From Nitrospirota bacterium (GTDB lineage Bacteria > Nitrospirota > Thermodesulfovibrionia > SZUA-242): a stretch of DNA of 64,000 nucleotides. Of this stretch, positions 18,881 to 29,941 are shown in pieces. The notes beneath the pieces are model-generated. The model was not told the DNA's origin. It saw only the letters and a list, made by a program, of their open reading frames with translations, and did no database searches. Each line of letters starts with the position of its first letter. Positions within the stretch are counted from its first letter, which is position 1. Location: the NCBI GenBank assembly GCA_027021335.1, contig JALUUO010000068.1:2273-66272 (forward strand). The letters run 5' to 3'. The translations under genes and the position numbers were made by a program.

Positions 18881-21637
18881 TTAAACGGCTTCCACAGTTA
18901 CTCTGCATTCTTCAAACGCCGGAGCTTTTGTTACAGGATCAACCGGCAGATTGGTGATCAGGCTGAGCGCCCCTACTCCAAGGTCTTCCAGGTACTCCGG
19001 AATCTTGACGGCTCCACGGGGTACTGAACTATCAAAAACCGTCTCAAGTTCGAGCGTTTCTTCAGAACTCGGCGACGAGACCCTGACACGTCCGCCCTCA
19101 ACAAGACCGGGTGCAGCATCTTCAGGATGCATCCTGAGTACTGCCGCATCCGGGCGTATCCGTGATAATGCAGGAGTTTTTCGGCTTGTAACTCCTGAGT
19201 AAAACAGGGAGCGCTCTAAAAGCAAGACAAAATCACGGTGCATGCTTTTTTTATCATCAAGGCTCCCGCCGGGCCGATCACAGGTTTTGATTAGGTCTTT
19301 AAAGCCTTCTCCATGGACAACACCGCCGGCCTGGCTTTTTGATGGTTGCCCCTTGTAAGGCCGGCAGAGCATTGTTCCTTTTTCGATATCAGGATAGCGT
19401 AAGTCACGGTGAACAGGAGAGACCCGCACTATCTCAGCCATAATATCCGCCGGCGATGAGAACTTCATGGCAGTACCCATACGGCTTGAGATTTCGGCTA
19501 TTATACGCCAGTCATCCCTGCCATACGTCATGTTTTTCACAGCACGGCGCAGCACCTGAATTCTGTGTTCGAGGTTTGTATAAGTACCCTCGCGTTCAGC
19601 CCATGAAAGCGCTGGAAGCACCACATCAGCCATGGCCGATGTTTCCGTAGGAAAGATATCCTGAACAACAAGAAGTTCCAGGCTCTTGATTTTAGATTTC
19701 CGGGTATCTCCGGCCGGCCAGTTTGGCAGATTCAGTGCAGGGTTTTCACCCATAACGTAAAGCCCCTTAATCTCTCCCTCACTAATAGCCTTCAACATAG
19801 GAAACAGGGTAAGCCCTTTGTCAGGCGGTGCGGTAAGCCCGGATATTTCCTCATACTTTTTTCTGAATCCATCGATGGCAAGTGACTGTCCGCCCGGCAG
19901 TCTGTCCGGCAGACATCCCATGTCAATAAGTCCCTGCTCATTCGGCCGGTCGGAAAGAAGAAATATACGGCCCGAAGCCAGGTAAGAAATACCGGCAAGG
20001 CAGAAAAGTCCGCAGTGTCCGGCAGCACGCTGAACTATATCACTGCCGATAACCACGGCAAAAGATTCAGCAGAGGCAACGATTTCAGATATTTCAGCCA
20101 TCTCGGCCTCAGTGACTCCGGTGACTTCTGTTGTTTTCTCTGCCGGCGGGGCGGCTGCGGCAGCTTTCAATTTTTCTTCAAACGCTGGAAGCTCGCCTGT
20201 CATCTCTTTTTTCGAAAACAGAAGGGCAAGAAGCCTTTCCAGAACTTTGTTCTCGGTAAAAAGATTCGCGGTGATTTCTTTCGGCTTAGAGCGACCAAGC
20301 CCTGCTGCCCGGCCCAGGGTTATTATCTTTGCACCCTTGGCCGCGGCTGCCCGAATATTTAAACCCAGAACAGGTGTTGCTATTGTGGGATCTCCGCCCA
20401 CAACAAATATCACATCTGCATCCTCCAGATCTGAAATCGGGTTGGCTGTAATTCCCTGCCCCATCAAATTCTCCAGATAAGCCTGAGCACCTGCAAAACC
20501 CAACCTTGCCGTGGAATCTATGTTGTTAGTTCCCAGAACTCCACGCATGAATTTCTGAAATATATAATTGTCCTCGTTCGTACACCGGGGCGAAGCTATG
20601 CCGGCCAGGGCAGAACCGCCACTGGAGTTCTTAATTTCATTTAGTTTTAAGGCCACAAAATCCAGAGCTTCATCCCATGATGTCTCGACCAGTTTTCCGT
20701 TTTTCCGAACCATTGGCGAGGTCAGGCGCTCTCTGCTGTCAACATACTCGTGGCCGAAGCGGCCCAGGGCGCATAAAAGTCCGCGATTTAGACTCTTACG
20801 GTTTTCGACAGAATTTTCATACAAATTTTTCTCTGTATTTTTCTCTGCAACGCCGGGCCCGAAGCGCTCGAAAGAACTGCGCAGGGCAGCGTCTTCCACC
20901 GGTATAACCTTTTTTATCGACTCGTCCCGCACCTGAAGGTTCAACAGGCAGCCAACCCCACAGTAACTGCATACAGTCGCTATGTTGGCGTCCATCTGCC
21001 ACGGGCGGTAACTTGATTTAGACGGACGGGAAAGAATCGAACCAACCGGGCAGACCGTGAGGCAGTTGCCGCAGTACTCACAATCAAAACGGTTTCCGGA
21101 AAACGGCTCCATCAGTGTGCGGTCTCCCCGGTTGGTCATGGCTATGGCGTATGCTCCTTGAACATCTTCACACATACGAACACAACGTGTGCAGGCTATA
21201 CATCTCTCCATATTTCTTGCAAGCAGCGGATCCGTATTGTTTTCCGGATGTTTGATCTTTTGCTCTTTAAACCGTCCGCTGCTTGGACCGTAAATGTAAA
21301 CCGCATCTTGAAGCTCACACTCACCGGCCTTATCGCAGAAAGGACAGTCCAGGGGATGGTTGATAAGTATGAACTCAAGTACGCCACGCCGGACAGCGGA
21401 TATCTGCTCGCTTTCGGTCGTAACCACCATTCCGTCACTAACCAAAAAGGAGCAGGCAGGTTGAAGACGTGGCATTTTTTCGATCTCAACCAGGCAGAGA
21501 CGGCAACCTCCATACATCTTGAGCCAGTCGTGATGACAGAGGGTCGGAATTTTTATCCCTGCCTTTCTTGCCGCCTTTAAAATTGTTTCCGGCTGCTCGA
21601 GCTCGATTTCTTTGCCGTTTATAGTGACCTTTATCAT
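18881..21637 (-). CDS. nuoG: NADH-quinone oxidoreductase subunit G
   Basis: IPTLC...GGCRLCLVE, HPLDCPFCDKAGECELQ, CIACTRCVR, CSYCGVGC; molybdopterin-oxidoreductase-like C-terminus. Confidence 0.93.
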   Translation of the reverse strand: MIKVTINGKEIELEQPETILKAARKAGIKIPTLCHHDWLKMYGGCRLCLVEIEKMPRLQPACSFLVSDGMVVTTESEQISAVRRGVLEFILINHPLDCPFCDKAGECELQDAVYIYGPSSGRFKEQKIKHPENNTDPLLARNMERCIACTRCVRMCEDVQGAYAIAMTNRGDRTLMEPFSGNRFDCEYCGNCLTVCPVGSILSRPSKSSYRPWQMDANIATVCSYCGVGCLLNLQVRDESIKKVIPVEDAALRSSFERFGPGVAEKNTEKNLYENSVENRKSLNRGLLCALGRFGHEYVDSRERLTSPMVRKNGKLVETSWDEALDFVALKLNEIKNSSGGSALAGIASPRCTNEDNYIFQKFMRGVLGTNNIDSTARLGFAGAQAYLENLMGQGITANPISDLEDADVIFVVGGDPTIATPVLGLNIRAAAAKGAKIITLGRAAGLGRSKPKEITANLFTENKVLERLLALLFSKKEMTGELPAFEEKLKAAAAAPPAEKTTEVTGVTEAEMAEISEIVASAESFAVVIGSDIVQRAAGHCGLFCLAGISYLASGRIFLLSDRPNEQGLIDMGCLPDRLPGGQSLAIDGFRKKYEEISGLTAPPDKGLTLFPMLKAISEGEIKGLYVMGENPALNLPNWPAGDTRKSKIKSLELLVVQDIFPTETSAMADVVLPALSWAEREGTYTNLEHRIQVLRRAVKNMTYGRDDWRIIAEISSRMGTAMKFSSPADIMAEIVRVSPVHRDLRYPDIEKGTMLCRPYKGQPSKSQAGGVVHGEGFKDLIKTCDRPGGSLDDKKSMHRDFVLLLERSLFYSGVTSRKTPALSRIRPDAAVLRMHPEDAAPGLVEGGRVRVSSPSSEETLELETVFDSSVPRGAVKIPEYLEDLGVGALSLITNLPVDPVTKAPAFEECRVTVEAV

Positions 21638-21713
21638 TTCAGTAATTGCCTGCAGGGTGCGGAATTACGCATCCGGCTTTTCCCGCATCCTGATATCTGC
21701 CTCATGTGAACTA

Positions 21714-22970
21714 TTAAAAAGGGCATCCTCTGCCTGTTATATGACTTTCAAACTCTGCCCTGAAGTGCTTTACAAAGTTCTGTACCACAGAGGCTGTTCC
21801 ATCGCCCAGAGGACAGAAAGTTTTTCCTGCAATGTTGCCCGCTATTGAGACAAGAAGATCTATATCATCTTTATGACCTTCACCCTGTTCAATACGGGCC
21901 AGAATACGGCGAAGCCATCCTGTGCCGTCTTTGCATGGAGTACATTTGCCGCATGATTCGTGTTCGAAAAATTTAATAGCTCTAAGACAAACCTTTACCA
22001 TGCATACGGATTCATCCATTACTATTACAGCGCCTGACCCCAGCATGCTTCCGTGCTTTGGCATATTTACAAAATCCATCGGGCAGTCTATCTTGTCATG
22101 CGGAAGCACAGGAGTTGATATACCGCCTGGAATAACAGCCTTAAGAGTTTTTCCTCCCTTTATTCCTCCGCAATGCTCGTAAATAATCTCTTTAAGAGAA
22201 GTTCCCATCGGCAGTTCCAGAACTCCGGGCCGTTCTACATGTCCGCTTACCGAGTAAAGCTTGGGTCCCGGGCACTCGGGCGAACCGATGGCTGCGTACT
22301 GCTCCGGTCCGATGCGAATGAGCAGCGGAAGATTAGAAAGAGTTTCTACGTTGTTGACAATGGTCGGCAACCCCCACGCTCCTACGCTGACGGGAAAAGG
22401 AGGTTTAAGGCGGGGTTGTCCCTTTTTGCCCTCCAGTGACTCGATAAGCGCTGTTTCCTCTCCACAGATATACGCTCCGGCGCCTACGTGGACAGAAAGG
22501 TGAAATTTTTTCCCGCTTCCCATTACGTTATCGCCCAGGTATTTTTTTTCGTAAGCCTGATCAATAGCCTGCTCAAGTATTACTCTGGCATCTGGATATT
22601 CACCCCTAAGATAGATATAACCGTAATCCGACTTGAGCGCATGTGCTGAAATCGCCATGCCTTCGATCAGTATGTGAGGATTTTTTTCAAGGATAGGCCG
22701 GTCTTTAAATGTGCCTGGCTCACCTTCGTCAGCATTACATACGAGGTACTTGGGAAATTTCGGATCTCCAGAAGCAAAGGTCCACTTCATACCGGTCGGA
22801 AAACCAGCACCGCCCCGGCCGCGAAGGTTGGCATTTTTCACATTTTCGATGATAACGCCCGGGTCCATGGGAAGAGCTTTGCGAAGACTTTCGTAGCCTC
22901 CGTTTTGCTCGTAAAAATCTAGATCAGCCGACCGGGGATCATCTATGTTTGCTAACAGTGTTTTGTTCAA
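21714..22970 (-). CDS. nuoF: NADH-quinone oxidoreductase subunit F
   Basis: RGRGGAGFPTG, NADEGEPGTFKDR, YICGEETAL, ESCGKCTPC; TTG start. Confidence 0.96.
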   Translation of the reverse strand: MNKTLLANIDDPRSADLDFYEQNGGYESLRKALPMDPGVIIENVKNANLRGRGGAGFPTGMKWTFASGDPKFPKYLVCNADEGEPGTFKDRPILEKNPHILIEGMAISAHALKSDYGYIYLRGEYPDARVILEQAIDQAYEKKYLGDNVMGSGKKFHLSVHVGAGAYICGEETALIESLEGKKGQPRLKPPFPVSVGAWGLPTIVNNVETLSNLPLLIRIGPEQYAAIGSPECPGPKLYSVSGHVERPGVLELPMGTSLKEIIYEHCGGIKGGKTLKAVIPGGISTPVLPHDKIDCPMDFVNMPKHGSMLGSGAVIVMDESVCMVKVCLRAIKFFEHESCGKCTPCKDGTGWLRRILARIEQGEGHKDDIDLLVSIAGNIAGKTFCPLGDGTASVVQNFVKHFRAEFESHITGRGCPF

Positions 22971-23082
22971 TTTTTTACTTTTTTTTTTACTTTAAATTAA
23001 AAGTTTTTTACTTTTTTTATTTTCCGATTAGATACGAATTTCCCAACAGGTAAGCAAACAGAACAGGTGTTTGCAACTGTGC

Positions 23083-23571
23083 CTATTTATATTCATCCAG
23101 AATCTTAATGATGTTTTCCTCTGTAAGATTCTCGTGAAAATCCGTGTTTACCAGCATAGCCGGAGCTGTGCCGCAGGCGCCTATGCACTCCATAATCACC
23201 AGCGAAAAACGACCGTCGTCGCTTGTTTTTCCGGCCTCTACACCGTAATGTTTTTTTATGATGTCCACCAGCCGTTCTGCGCCGAACAACATGCAGGAGA
23301 TGTTTGTGCATAGCTGTATCAAGTGCCGGCCCATCGGGTGTTTTTTATACATAGAGTAAAAAGTCGCCACACCGCGCACAGTCGCCTTTGGAACATCGAG
23401 TTCTTTTGACACCGCCTCCAGAGCCTCAAGGCTGAGCCATTCAAACCGTTTCTGAGCTTCATAAAGCGCCGGAAGAAGAGTGGCTTGCAACGTGGGATAA
23501 CGCTTTCTTAAAGAGACCGGACTAAAAAGGCTTTTATTATCAAGATCATTTTGCATAACTTCTTTTTTCAC
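23083..23571 (-). CDS. nuoE: NADH-quinone oxidoreductase subunit E
   Basis: [14 protein letters not shown]...CIGACGTAP 2Fe-2S motif. Confidence 0.95.
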   Translation of the reverse strand: MKKEVMQNDLDNKSLFSPVSLRKRYPTLQATLLPALYEAQKRFEWLSLEALEAVSKELDVPKATVRGVATFYSMYKKHPMGRHLIQLCTNISCMLFGAERLVDIIKKHYGVEAGKTSDDGRFSLVIMECIGACGTAPAMLVNTDFHENLTEENIIKILDEYK

Positions 23572-24761
23572 CGGTCACACTCTCCCAGCACTATGTCTAT
23601 GGTTCCGATGTTTGCTATTACATCAGCCACCATATGTCCTTTGCTTAGCCTGCCCAGCACTGAAGCATGGACAAAAGACGGCGAGCGGACATGCATTCTG
23701 TAGGGTTTTCCGGTTCCGTCGCTTACGATATAAAATCCGAGTTCGCCTTTGGGCACCTCGGTAGAAACGTATAGTTCACCTACAGGCGCCTTTGGTCCTT
23801 CCGCGACAAGCACGAAGTGATGAATAAGGTGCTCCATGTCGCTAAGGACATCTTCTTTTGCCGGAAGTATGTACTTCATCTCTTCCGCAAGAATCGGCCC
23901 TGACGGCATTTTATCAATGCATTGCCGGATTATTCTGTTAGACTGCTCCAGTTCGATCATCCTGCACCTGTATCTGTCATAGACATCGCCTTCTTTACCC
24001 ACAGGCACCTCGAACTCAACTTGATCGTAGGCGTCATAAGGCATGTACTTTCTTACGTCATAGTCTATCCCCGATCCCCGCAGAGTTGCACCAGACAGAC
24101 CCCGGTTAATTGCCTCCTCGCGGCCTATAACTCCTATGCCTTTTGTCCGCTTAATCCAGATACGGTTCTGGTTTATAAGTGTTTCATATTCTTTGATCCT
24201 GCCCGGAAACTCATCAGTGAAACTCTTGAGTTCATCCAGCCAATCTTGGTCGGGTATATCGTTTCTTACACCGCCTATTCTTGGATAGCTTACGGTAAGG
24301 CGTGCTCCGCATAGACGTTCGAAAAGACCGAGTATTGTTTCGCGTTCACGAAATGTATAGAGAAATACCGTCATCGCCCCTATATCCAGAGCGTGTGTAG
24401 CCAGCCAGAGCAGGTGACTTGATATTCTGGACATCTCACCGGCCATAGTTCGAATGAACTTGGCACGCTCCGGAGCCTCAATGCCCAGCAACTTTTCTAC
24501 GGCCAGGCAGTACCCGATATTGTTCGACATGGAAGAGATATAGTCGAGCCTGTCTGTAAGTGGGATTATCTGCAAGTAAGTCCGGTGCTCCGAGAGCTTT
24601 TCGATGCCACGATGAAGGTAGCCCACATGTGGCGTGCATTCGACCACTGTCTCACCATCAAGTTCAAGAACCAGCCTGAGCACACCATGAGTTGCCGGGT
24701 GCTGTGGCCCCATGCTTACGGTAAGTGTTCTTGTTTCAAGAGGCTTTGCTACTGTTTCCAC
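23568..24761 (-). CDS. nuoD: NADH-quinone oxidoreductase subunit D
   Basis: [32 protein letters not shown]. Confidence 0.97.
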   Translation of the reverse strand: METVAKPLETRTLTVSMGPQHPATHGVLRLVLELDGETVVECTPHVGYLHRGIEKLSEHRTYLQIIPLTDRLDYISSMSNNIGYCLAVEKLLGIEAPERAKFIRTMAGEMSRISSHLLWLATHALDIGAMTVFLYTFRERETILGLFERLCGARLTVSYPRIGGVRNDIPDQDWLDELKSFTDEFPGRIKEYETLINQNRIWIKRTKGIGVIGREEAINRGLSGATLRGSGIDYDVRKYMPYDAYDQVEFEVPVGKEGDVYDRYRCRMIELEQSNRIIRQCIDKMPSGPILAEEMKYILPAKEDVLSDMEHLIHHFVLVAEGPKAPVGELYVSTEVPKGELGFYIVSDGTGKPYRMHVRSPSFVHASVLGRLSKGHMVADVIANIGTIDIVLGECDR

Positions 24762-25282
24762 TGAAACTCCCTGAAACTACGGCTCTTTTCTTTAACATTC
24801 CTGTAACCCCGCCACTCTTTTTCAGGACCTTTAAGCGGGTAGTCTTTTCTCAATGGATTTCCCTCCCAGTCTTCCGGCATCAATATCCGGCGCATATCAG
24901 GATGTCCCTTAAAGGTTATACCGAACATGTCGTAGGTTTCCCTCTCATGCCAGTTCATGCCGCTCCAGATCAAAGTAACAGAATCAATAACAGGATCGGA
25001 TTCCGGCACCTGGGCTTTAAGTATTATCCGGTGGCGGTATTTAGTTGAATAAAGATTATAGATAACTTCAAATCGTGTCCGGCCGCGCCCAAGGTTATCC
25101 ACTGCGCAAAGATCGGTTGGATAGTCGAAGCTCATATCAGGACTGTCGTGAAGGTACCTGCATATATCGACTATCCTGTCCTTACTTAGACTTACGGTAA
25201 CCTGTCCACGAAATTCGGTGAAACCTATCACCTCATCAGGAAAAGTCTTCTTTATCTCTTCTGCTATTTCCAGCGACCCCAC
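24749..25282 (-). CDS. nuoC: NADH-quinone oxidoreductase subunit C
   Basis: [26 protein letters not shown]...PLRKDYPL. Confidence 0.96.
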   Translation of the reverse strand: MGSLEIAEEIKKTFPDEVIGFTEFRGQVTVSLSKDRIVDICRYLHDSPDMSFDYPTDLCAVDNLGRGRTRFEVIYNLYSTKYRHRIILKAQVPESDPVIDSVTLIWSGMNWHERETYDMFGITFKGHPDMRRILMPEDWEGNPLRKDYPLKGPEKEWRGYRNVKEKSRSFREFQWKQ

Positions 25283-25791
25283 CGGTGTTTTTCTCCTCTT
25301 ATTTTTTCCTGAAGTTTGCCAAGCCCTTCCATTAAAGCTTCAGGCCTTGGCGGACAACCGGGTATGTAGACATCCACGGGCACAAACTCGTCAACTCCCT
25401 GCACAACAGAATAGGTATCGAAAACATTACCGGAACAGGCGCATGATCCCATAGATATAACATACCTTGGCTCTGGAAGCTGGTCGTAAACCTTCCTTAC
25501 AATAGGCGCCATTTTCTTACAAACCGTGCCGGCAACAATCATGAAGTCCGCCTGCCGGGGAGAACCACGGAAGATTATGCCGAGTCTGTCCAGATCGTAG
25601 TGCGATGATCCGGTTGTCATCATCTCGATAGCACAACAGGCCAAACCAAAGGTGACCGGCCACATAGAGCTTAAACGGGCACGGTTTACAAACCAATCAA
25701 TCAGCTTTTCACCAGAAGCCACCATTACATTCTGAGAATAGATACGTATGCCCTCAGGCGTTTCGGTTGGTTCAACAGCCAGGTTGTTCAT
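25264..25791 (-). CDS. nuoB: NADH-quinone oxidoreductase subunit B
   Basis: [28 protein letters not shown]; start placed at MNNL, overlapping the nuoA stop. Confidence 0.95.
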   Translation of the reverse strand: MNNLAVEPTETPEGIRIYSQNVMVASGEKLIDWFVNRARLSSMWPVTFGLACCAIEMMTTGSSHYDLDRLGIIFRGSPRQADFMIVAGTVCKKMAPIVRKVYDQLPEPRYVISMGSCACSGNVFDTYSVVQGVDEFVPVDVYIPGCPPRPEALMEGLGKLQEKIRGEKHRWGRWK

Positions 25792-26159
25792 TCCCAATTA
25801 AAAGCCTCCCTTTTCCAGGCGTAGGCATATCCAACCAGTAAAACAGATATGAAAAGAAACATCTCCACTATAGCGAAGAGGCCGATTTTATCATAGGCAA
25901 CAGCCCATGGATAAAGAAATACCGTCTCAACGTCGAATACCACAAATAGCATAGCGATGACGTAGAATTTTACATCAAAACGATAACGCGGCTCGCCTAC
26001 AGGCGGCATGCCGGATTCGTAAGGAGAAAGTTTTTCAGGGTAGGGTCGCCGGAGCCTTAAAAAATTACCGATGGTAAGCATCACCAATCCAAAGCAGGAG
26101 GCGATGATAAATATAATAAGAACCGGAAGATAGTTGGTTGGTATATAGCTTCCTGGCAT
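25788..26159 (-). CDS. nuoA: NADH-quinone oxidoreductase subunit A
   Basis: [23 protein letters not shown]. Confidence 0.96.
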   Translation of the reverse strand: MPGSYIPTNYLPVLIIFIIASCFGLVMLTIGNFLRLRRPYPEKLSPYESGMPPVGEPRYRFDVKFYVIAMLFVVFDVETVFLYPWAVAYDKIGLFAIVEMFLFISVLLVGYAYAWKREAFNWE

Positions 26160-26247
26160 GATAGTCAGATTTTATAACCAATGACGATCAAAATTGTCAA
26201 TACAAGCTTTGCACATGTTAGGATATTCATCATGACGTTTTAAAGTC

Positions 26248-26263
26248 TGCAATACTTATGCCA
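26248..26263 (-). promoter_or_regulatory. Candidate sigma54 -24/-12 promoter upstream of nuoA
   Basis: Minus strand TGGCATAAGTATTGCA (GG-N10-GC), about 90 bp upstream of nuoA. Confidence 0.55.
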
Positions 26264-26440
26264 AAGCCAGGGGCAAGGTACTACCTATAAAACAATATAA
26301 GGTTAAAAAGGTTAAATACGATTCTGTGGTTATTTATCATTGAATGAAATAAGACAGCAAAATGAAGGATATGCTACATGCTGAGTAAAAACCCTAAATC
26401 TCTAATGAACGACAGATTGAAAAGTAAGGAGAAAAAAACA

Positions 26441-27184
26441 GTGAGGACAGACGGACGAAAGAATGACCAGCTTAGAAAGGTAAAAATCATCAAAAACTAT
26501 ATAAAAGCAGCAGATGGATCGGCTCTTATCGAGATGGGAAAAACAAGAGTTATTTGTAACGCTACCATTGAAGAGCATGTACCGCCTTTTCTCAGGGGAA
26601 AAGGACAGGGTTGGATAACCGCTGAGTACGCAATGCTTCCCCGGGCCACTCAGCAGCGTACTCCCAGAGAATCATCAAAAGGTAAAGTGGGCGGCAGAAC
26701 GCATGAGATCCAGCGTCTTATAGGCCGTTCCGTCAGAGCGGTTGTAGATCTCGAAATGCTGGGTGAACGAACAATTTGGCTGGACTGTGATGTGATCGAG
26801 GCGGACGGCGGCACCAGAACGGCCTCAATTACCGGTGCTTACGTAGCACTTGCATTGGCCTTAAAGCGTGCTGTAATGATAGGAACAATTCCGGAAAACC
26901 CCATTAAAGATCACCTGGCGGCTGTAAGTGTGGGAATAGTCGGCGACACACCTCTTCTAGACCTGGCTTACGACGAAGATTTCAAAGCAGAGGTTGATAT
27001 GAATATTGTTATGACAGGCAACGGCAGATTTGTAGAGGTGCAGGGTACGGCCGAAGGTGAGCCTTTTACAAAAACGCATATGGGTAAACTTCTCACACTT
27101 GCCCAGGCAGGAGTACAGGAACTTATCGAAATTCAGAAAAAAACGCTAGAAAAAAAGACTGTAAAAAAGAAAGTAACCGGGTAA
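26441..27184 (+). CDS. rph: Ribonuclease PH
   Basis: [38 protein letters not shown]; probable GTG start at 26441 after AAGGAG. Confidence 0.96.
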   Translation: MRTDGRKNDQLRKVKIIKNYIKAADGSALIEMGKTRVICNATIEEHVPPFLRGKGQGWITAEYAMLPRATQQRTPRESSKGKVGGRTHEIQRLIGRSVRAVVDLEMLGERTIWLDCDVIEADGGTRTASITGAYVALALALKRAVMIGTIPENPIKDHLAAVSVGIVGDTPLLDLAYDEDFKAEVDMNIVMTGNGRFVEVQGTAEGEPFTKTHMGKLLTLAQAGVQELIEIQKKTLEKKTVKKKVTG

Positions 27185-27187
27185 GGC

Positions 27188-27760
27188 ATGAAAAAACTAC
27201 TTATAGCCACACGCAATGAAAACAAGGTGCGGGAGATGAGGGCGGTTCTGGGTGACAGCGTAGAACTTGTTCCACTTCCGGATAATGCTCCGGAAGTTGT
27301 GGAGGATGGAAAAACATTCTATGAAAATGCACTTAAAAAAGCACGTCAGTACTCTCAATACTCAAACCTGCCTACTATTGCTGAAGACTCCGGCCTGGAG
27401 GTTGAAGCTCTTGGAGGAGCTCCTGGAATATATTCTGCCAGATTTGCCGGCGCCTCAGCCGGTTCGAAAGAAAACAACCGCCTTCTTCTGGAAAAACTTG
27501 CCGGGATTTCAGCTGAAAATCGTAGAGCGAGATTTGTTTGCTGTATTGTATACAAAGACGGTGATGTCGAGAAGTCCTTTGAAGGGGAAGTATGGGGCAC
27601 AATCGCACTTGAGGAGGCAGGAGAAACTGGTTTCGGCTACGATCCTCTTTTTATTCCAGAGGGATTCAACCGAACGTTTGCGCAATTACCGATAGAGGTC
27701 AAAAACTCTATGAGTCACCGTTTTAATGCGATAAAAAAACTCTGCAAATACATCGGATAA
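27188..27760 (+). CDS. rdgB: dITP/XTP pyrophosphatase (RdgB/HAM1)
   Basis: ATRNENK, EDSGLEV, PGIYSAR, FGYDPLF, SHR. Confidence 0.95.
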   Translation: MKKLLIATRNENKVREMRAVLGDSVELVPLPDNAPEVVEDGKTFYENALKKARQYSQYSNLPTIAEDSGLEVEALGGAPGIYSARFAGASAGSKENNRLLLEKLAGISAENRRARFVCCIVYKDGDVEKSFEGEVWGTIALEEAGETGFGYDPLFIPEGFNRTFAQLPIEVKNSMSHRFNAIKKLCKYIG

Positions 27761-27813
27761 GCAGCTTCTCATATTTATTCTATATTGAATAAATCTGAAA
27801 GTTCTGAAATTCA

Positions 27814-27842
27814 TTGACATTTTACAGTAATTTTACTAACAT
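27814..27842 (+). promoter_or_regulatory. Candidate sigma70 promoter for the DUF2892-GGDEF pair
   Basis: TTGACA-17 bp-TAACAT. Confidence 0.5.
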
Positions 27843-27902
27843 CCATGTTATGACTTAGAAGCAGTGCTGCTTTACCAACCAAACAATAAGGGAGGATAAA
27901 AA

Positions 27903-28142
27903 ATGCCACTGAAACGCAACCTACATACTGTAGACAGAATTGCACGTTTTATTATTGGTTTAGCCTGTATTTACATTGGTTTTATTGATCACTCCATCAT
28001 TAACAATACCATAGTTTCAATATTGGTTGGATTGTTTGGTCTTCTTAATCTGGGTGTAGTAATCTTTGCACACTGTCCTGTCTATAGCATTGCTGGTATT
28101 AGCACCTATTCTGATAAAAAAGATACAGCAGATCCTAAATAA
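27903..28142 (+). CDS. DUF2892 (YgaP-like) small membrane protein
   Basis: RNLHTVDRIAR, two TM segments, CPVYSIAGIST; GGAGG SD. Confidence 0.8.
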   Translation: MPLKRNLHTVDRIARFIIGLACIYIGFIDHSIINNTIVSILVGLFGLLNLGVVIFAHCPVYSIAGISTYSDKKDTADPK

Positions 28143-28160
28143 TCTTCGTCCCCATTATTA

Positions 28161-29282
28161 ATGAGTCTACGAACCAAGCTTATATTAACTATTTCCAGCA
28201 TAGGTTTGGGGGGGCTGCTCTTCATTAGTTATATCGCCTATCAAAGCGTTAGTGAATTAAGCGCTATAAAACAGCAGGAATTGTTAAAGGTTTTCTCCGA
28301 ACAAATTCTGCTTAATCGTCCGGATAGCGATGCCAAGCCATCGGTTTGGAAAAGCTGGATTAAAAACAGTCAGCTTCTTAGCTCCTCCAAGTTCTCGGTT
28401 GTTACCTATAAGGGTGATAGCGGTTTGTTAATCATTAATGCCGGTGATCAATCCAGCGTTAACATTTCCTATGTCAAGTCTTTATCTAAGACTTTGTTGG
28501 ATAAAAAGTTTCGAAAACACTATGTCTTGAACCAGGGATTACAGTATGTGTGGTATCGTTCCGATATTTCGGGAACACCTTATACTCTGTTCGTATTTTA
28601 TGCCTCTCCCCCTGAAGGATTGTCCTTCTATTTTAGGTACATGGGGATTCCTTTGCTTATCGCAACAATACTAGTCTTATGGTTTTCAATCTGGGCGGCT
28701 GTCATTTTGGCCAACTTATTTCAGCGTTTAGCCGAACAAAAAAAAATCATGGAACACCAGGCCATGCACGATCCTTTAACTGGATTGCCCAACCGTAACT
28801 TGCTGGCTAACCGCCTCGATCATACGCTAAGCGTTGCAAAACGTGAGGGCATTTGTTTTGCGTTTTGCATACTGGACCTAAACCGATTCAAAGAAATCAA
28901 TGATGTTTTGGGACATGCATATGGAGATAAGTTGCTCATAGAAGTAGCCAAACGCAGCAAATGTATCTTACGCGAGGCCGATACCGTAGCGCGTCTTGGT
29001 GGAGATGAATTTGCAATTATTCTGCGTCACGCTGACAGCCAGAGAGCTACCAAGATTGTAAATAGAATCTCTAACGCATTAAAAACGGAGTTTATAATCG
29101 AGGATAAAGAATTCCAGATCTCCGGAAGCTTTGGAATCGCAATATATCCTGAGCATGGTGTTTCGTCACAAACTTTAATGAAACATGCCGACCTTGCCAT
29201 GTATCGGGCAAAACAGAAAAATAATGATTTTGCCTTTTACAACCCTGATCAGGTGAATATTATCAACAAAACTTTACTTTGA
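28161..29282 (+). CDS. Membrane-bound diguanylate cyclase (GGDEF)
   Basis: Two TM segments, HDPLTGLPNR, DLNRFKEINDVLGH, RxxD I-site (READ) and GGDEF. Confidence 0.92.
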   Translation: MSLRTKLILTISSIGLGGLLFISYIAYQSVSELSAIKQQELLKVFSEQILLNRPDSDAKPSVWKSWIKNSQLLSSSKFSVVTYKGDSGLLIINAGDQSSVNISYVKSLSKTLLDKKFRKHYVLNQGLQYVWYRSDISGTPYTLFVFYASPPEGLSFYFRYMGIPLLIATILVLWFSIWAAVILANLFQRLAEQKKIMEHQAMHDPLTGLPNRNLLANRLDHTLSVAKREGICFAFCILDLNRFKEINDVLGHAYGDKLLIEVAKRSKCILREADTVARLGGDEFAIILRHADSQRATKIVNRISNALKTEFIIEDKEFQISGSFGIAIYPEHGVSSQTLMKHADLAMYRAKQKNNDFAFYNPDQVNIINKTLL

Positions 29283-29320
29283 TCTTGATTCAGTGATCTT
29301 GTTGAAGCGGTTAACAACTA

Positions 29321-29899
29321 ATGATTAGGAATATTAGATTGACAAAAAAACCGAATAAAAAACCTGCTGTTTTTCTTGACCGTGATGGAACGGTTATCAA
29401 AGAGGTTGAATATCTTTCGAATATGCGTGACCTGAAACCTTTTACAGGTGTCGGAAAATCTCTCCGGATGCTTCGTAACTCCGGATTCGCTGTTGTGCTT
29501 ATTACCAACCAGTCTGGCGTGGCCAGGGGGTATTTCACAATGGATTTTGTAGAGAGTGTTCATGCCAAGCTCGAAGAGATGCTATCGTTTAAATTTGATG
29601 GAATTTATTACTGTCCTCATGGTCCGGACGATGGTTGTGACTGCCGAAAACCCAAAGCCGGCATGATAAGAAAAGCAGTGGAAGAAATAGGAATTGATCT
29701 AAACAACTCGTATATGATTGGAGATAAGAGTATAGATATTGAACTTGCAAACAGCTTAGGATTTCCGGGCCTGCTCGTCCTGACCGGCTACGGATTTGAT
29801 CAGCAAAATAACCGGAATGCGGTGGAAACCGCATACGTGGCAGCAGATCTTAATGATGCATGCAGATGGATTCTTGTAAGAGCCGCGGATAATCCATAG
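29321..29899 (+). CDS. gmhB: D-glycero-D-manno-heptose 1,7-bisphosphate phosphatase (HAD)
   Basis: FLDRDGT, TNQSG, CPH...CDCRKP, MIGD. Confidence 0.88.
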   Translation: MIRNIRLTKKPNKKPAVFLDRDGTVIKEVEYLSNMRDLKPFTGVGKSLRMLRNSGFAVVLITNQSGVARGYFTMDFVESVHAKLEEMLSFKFDGIYYCPHGPDDGCDCRKPKAGMIRKAVEEIGIDLNNSYMIGDKSIDIELANSLGFPGLLVLTGYGFDQQNNRNAVETAYVAADLNDACRWILVRAADNP

Positions 29900-29941
29900 C
29901 CCCCCCCAGGTTCTTTAAAAACTCAACCTGGGTTTCTGAAT

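Noticed and set aside
23568-25791. nuoB/C/D as a group 4 [NiFe]-hydrogenase (Ech-like)
   Set aside because: NuoD lacks both CxxC Ni-binding motifs, and the operon is a full nuoA-N
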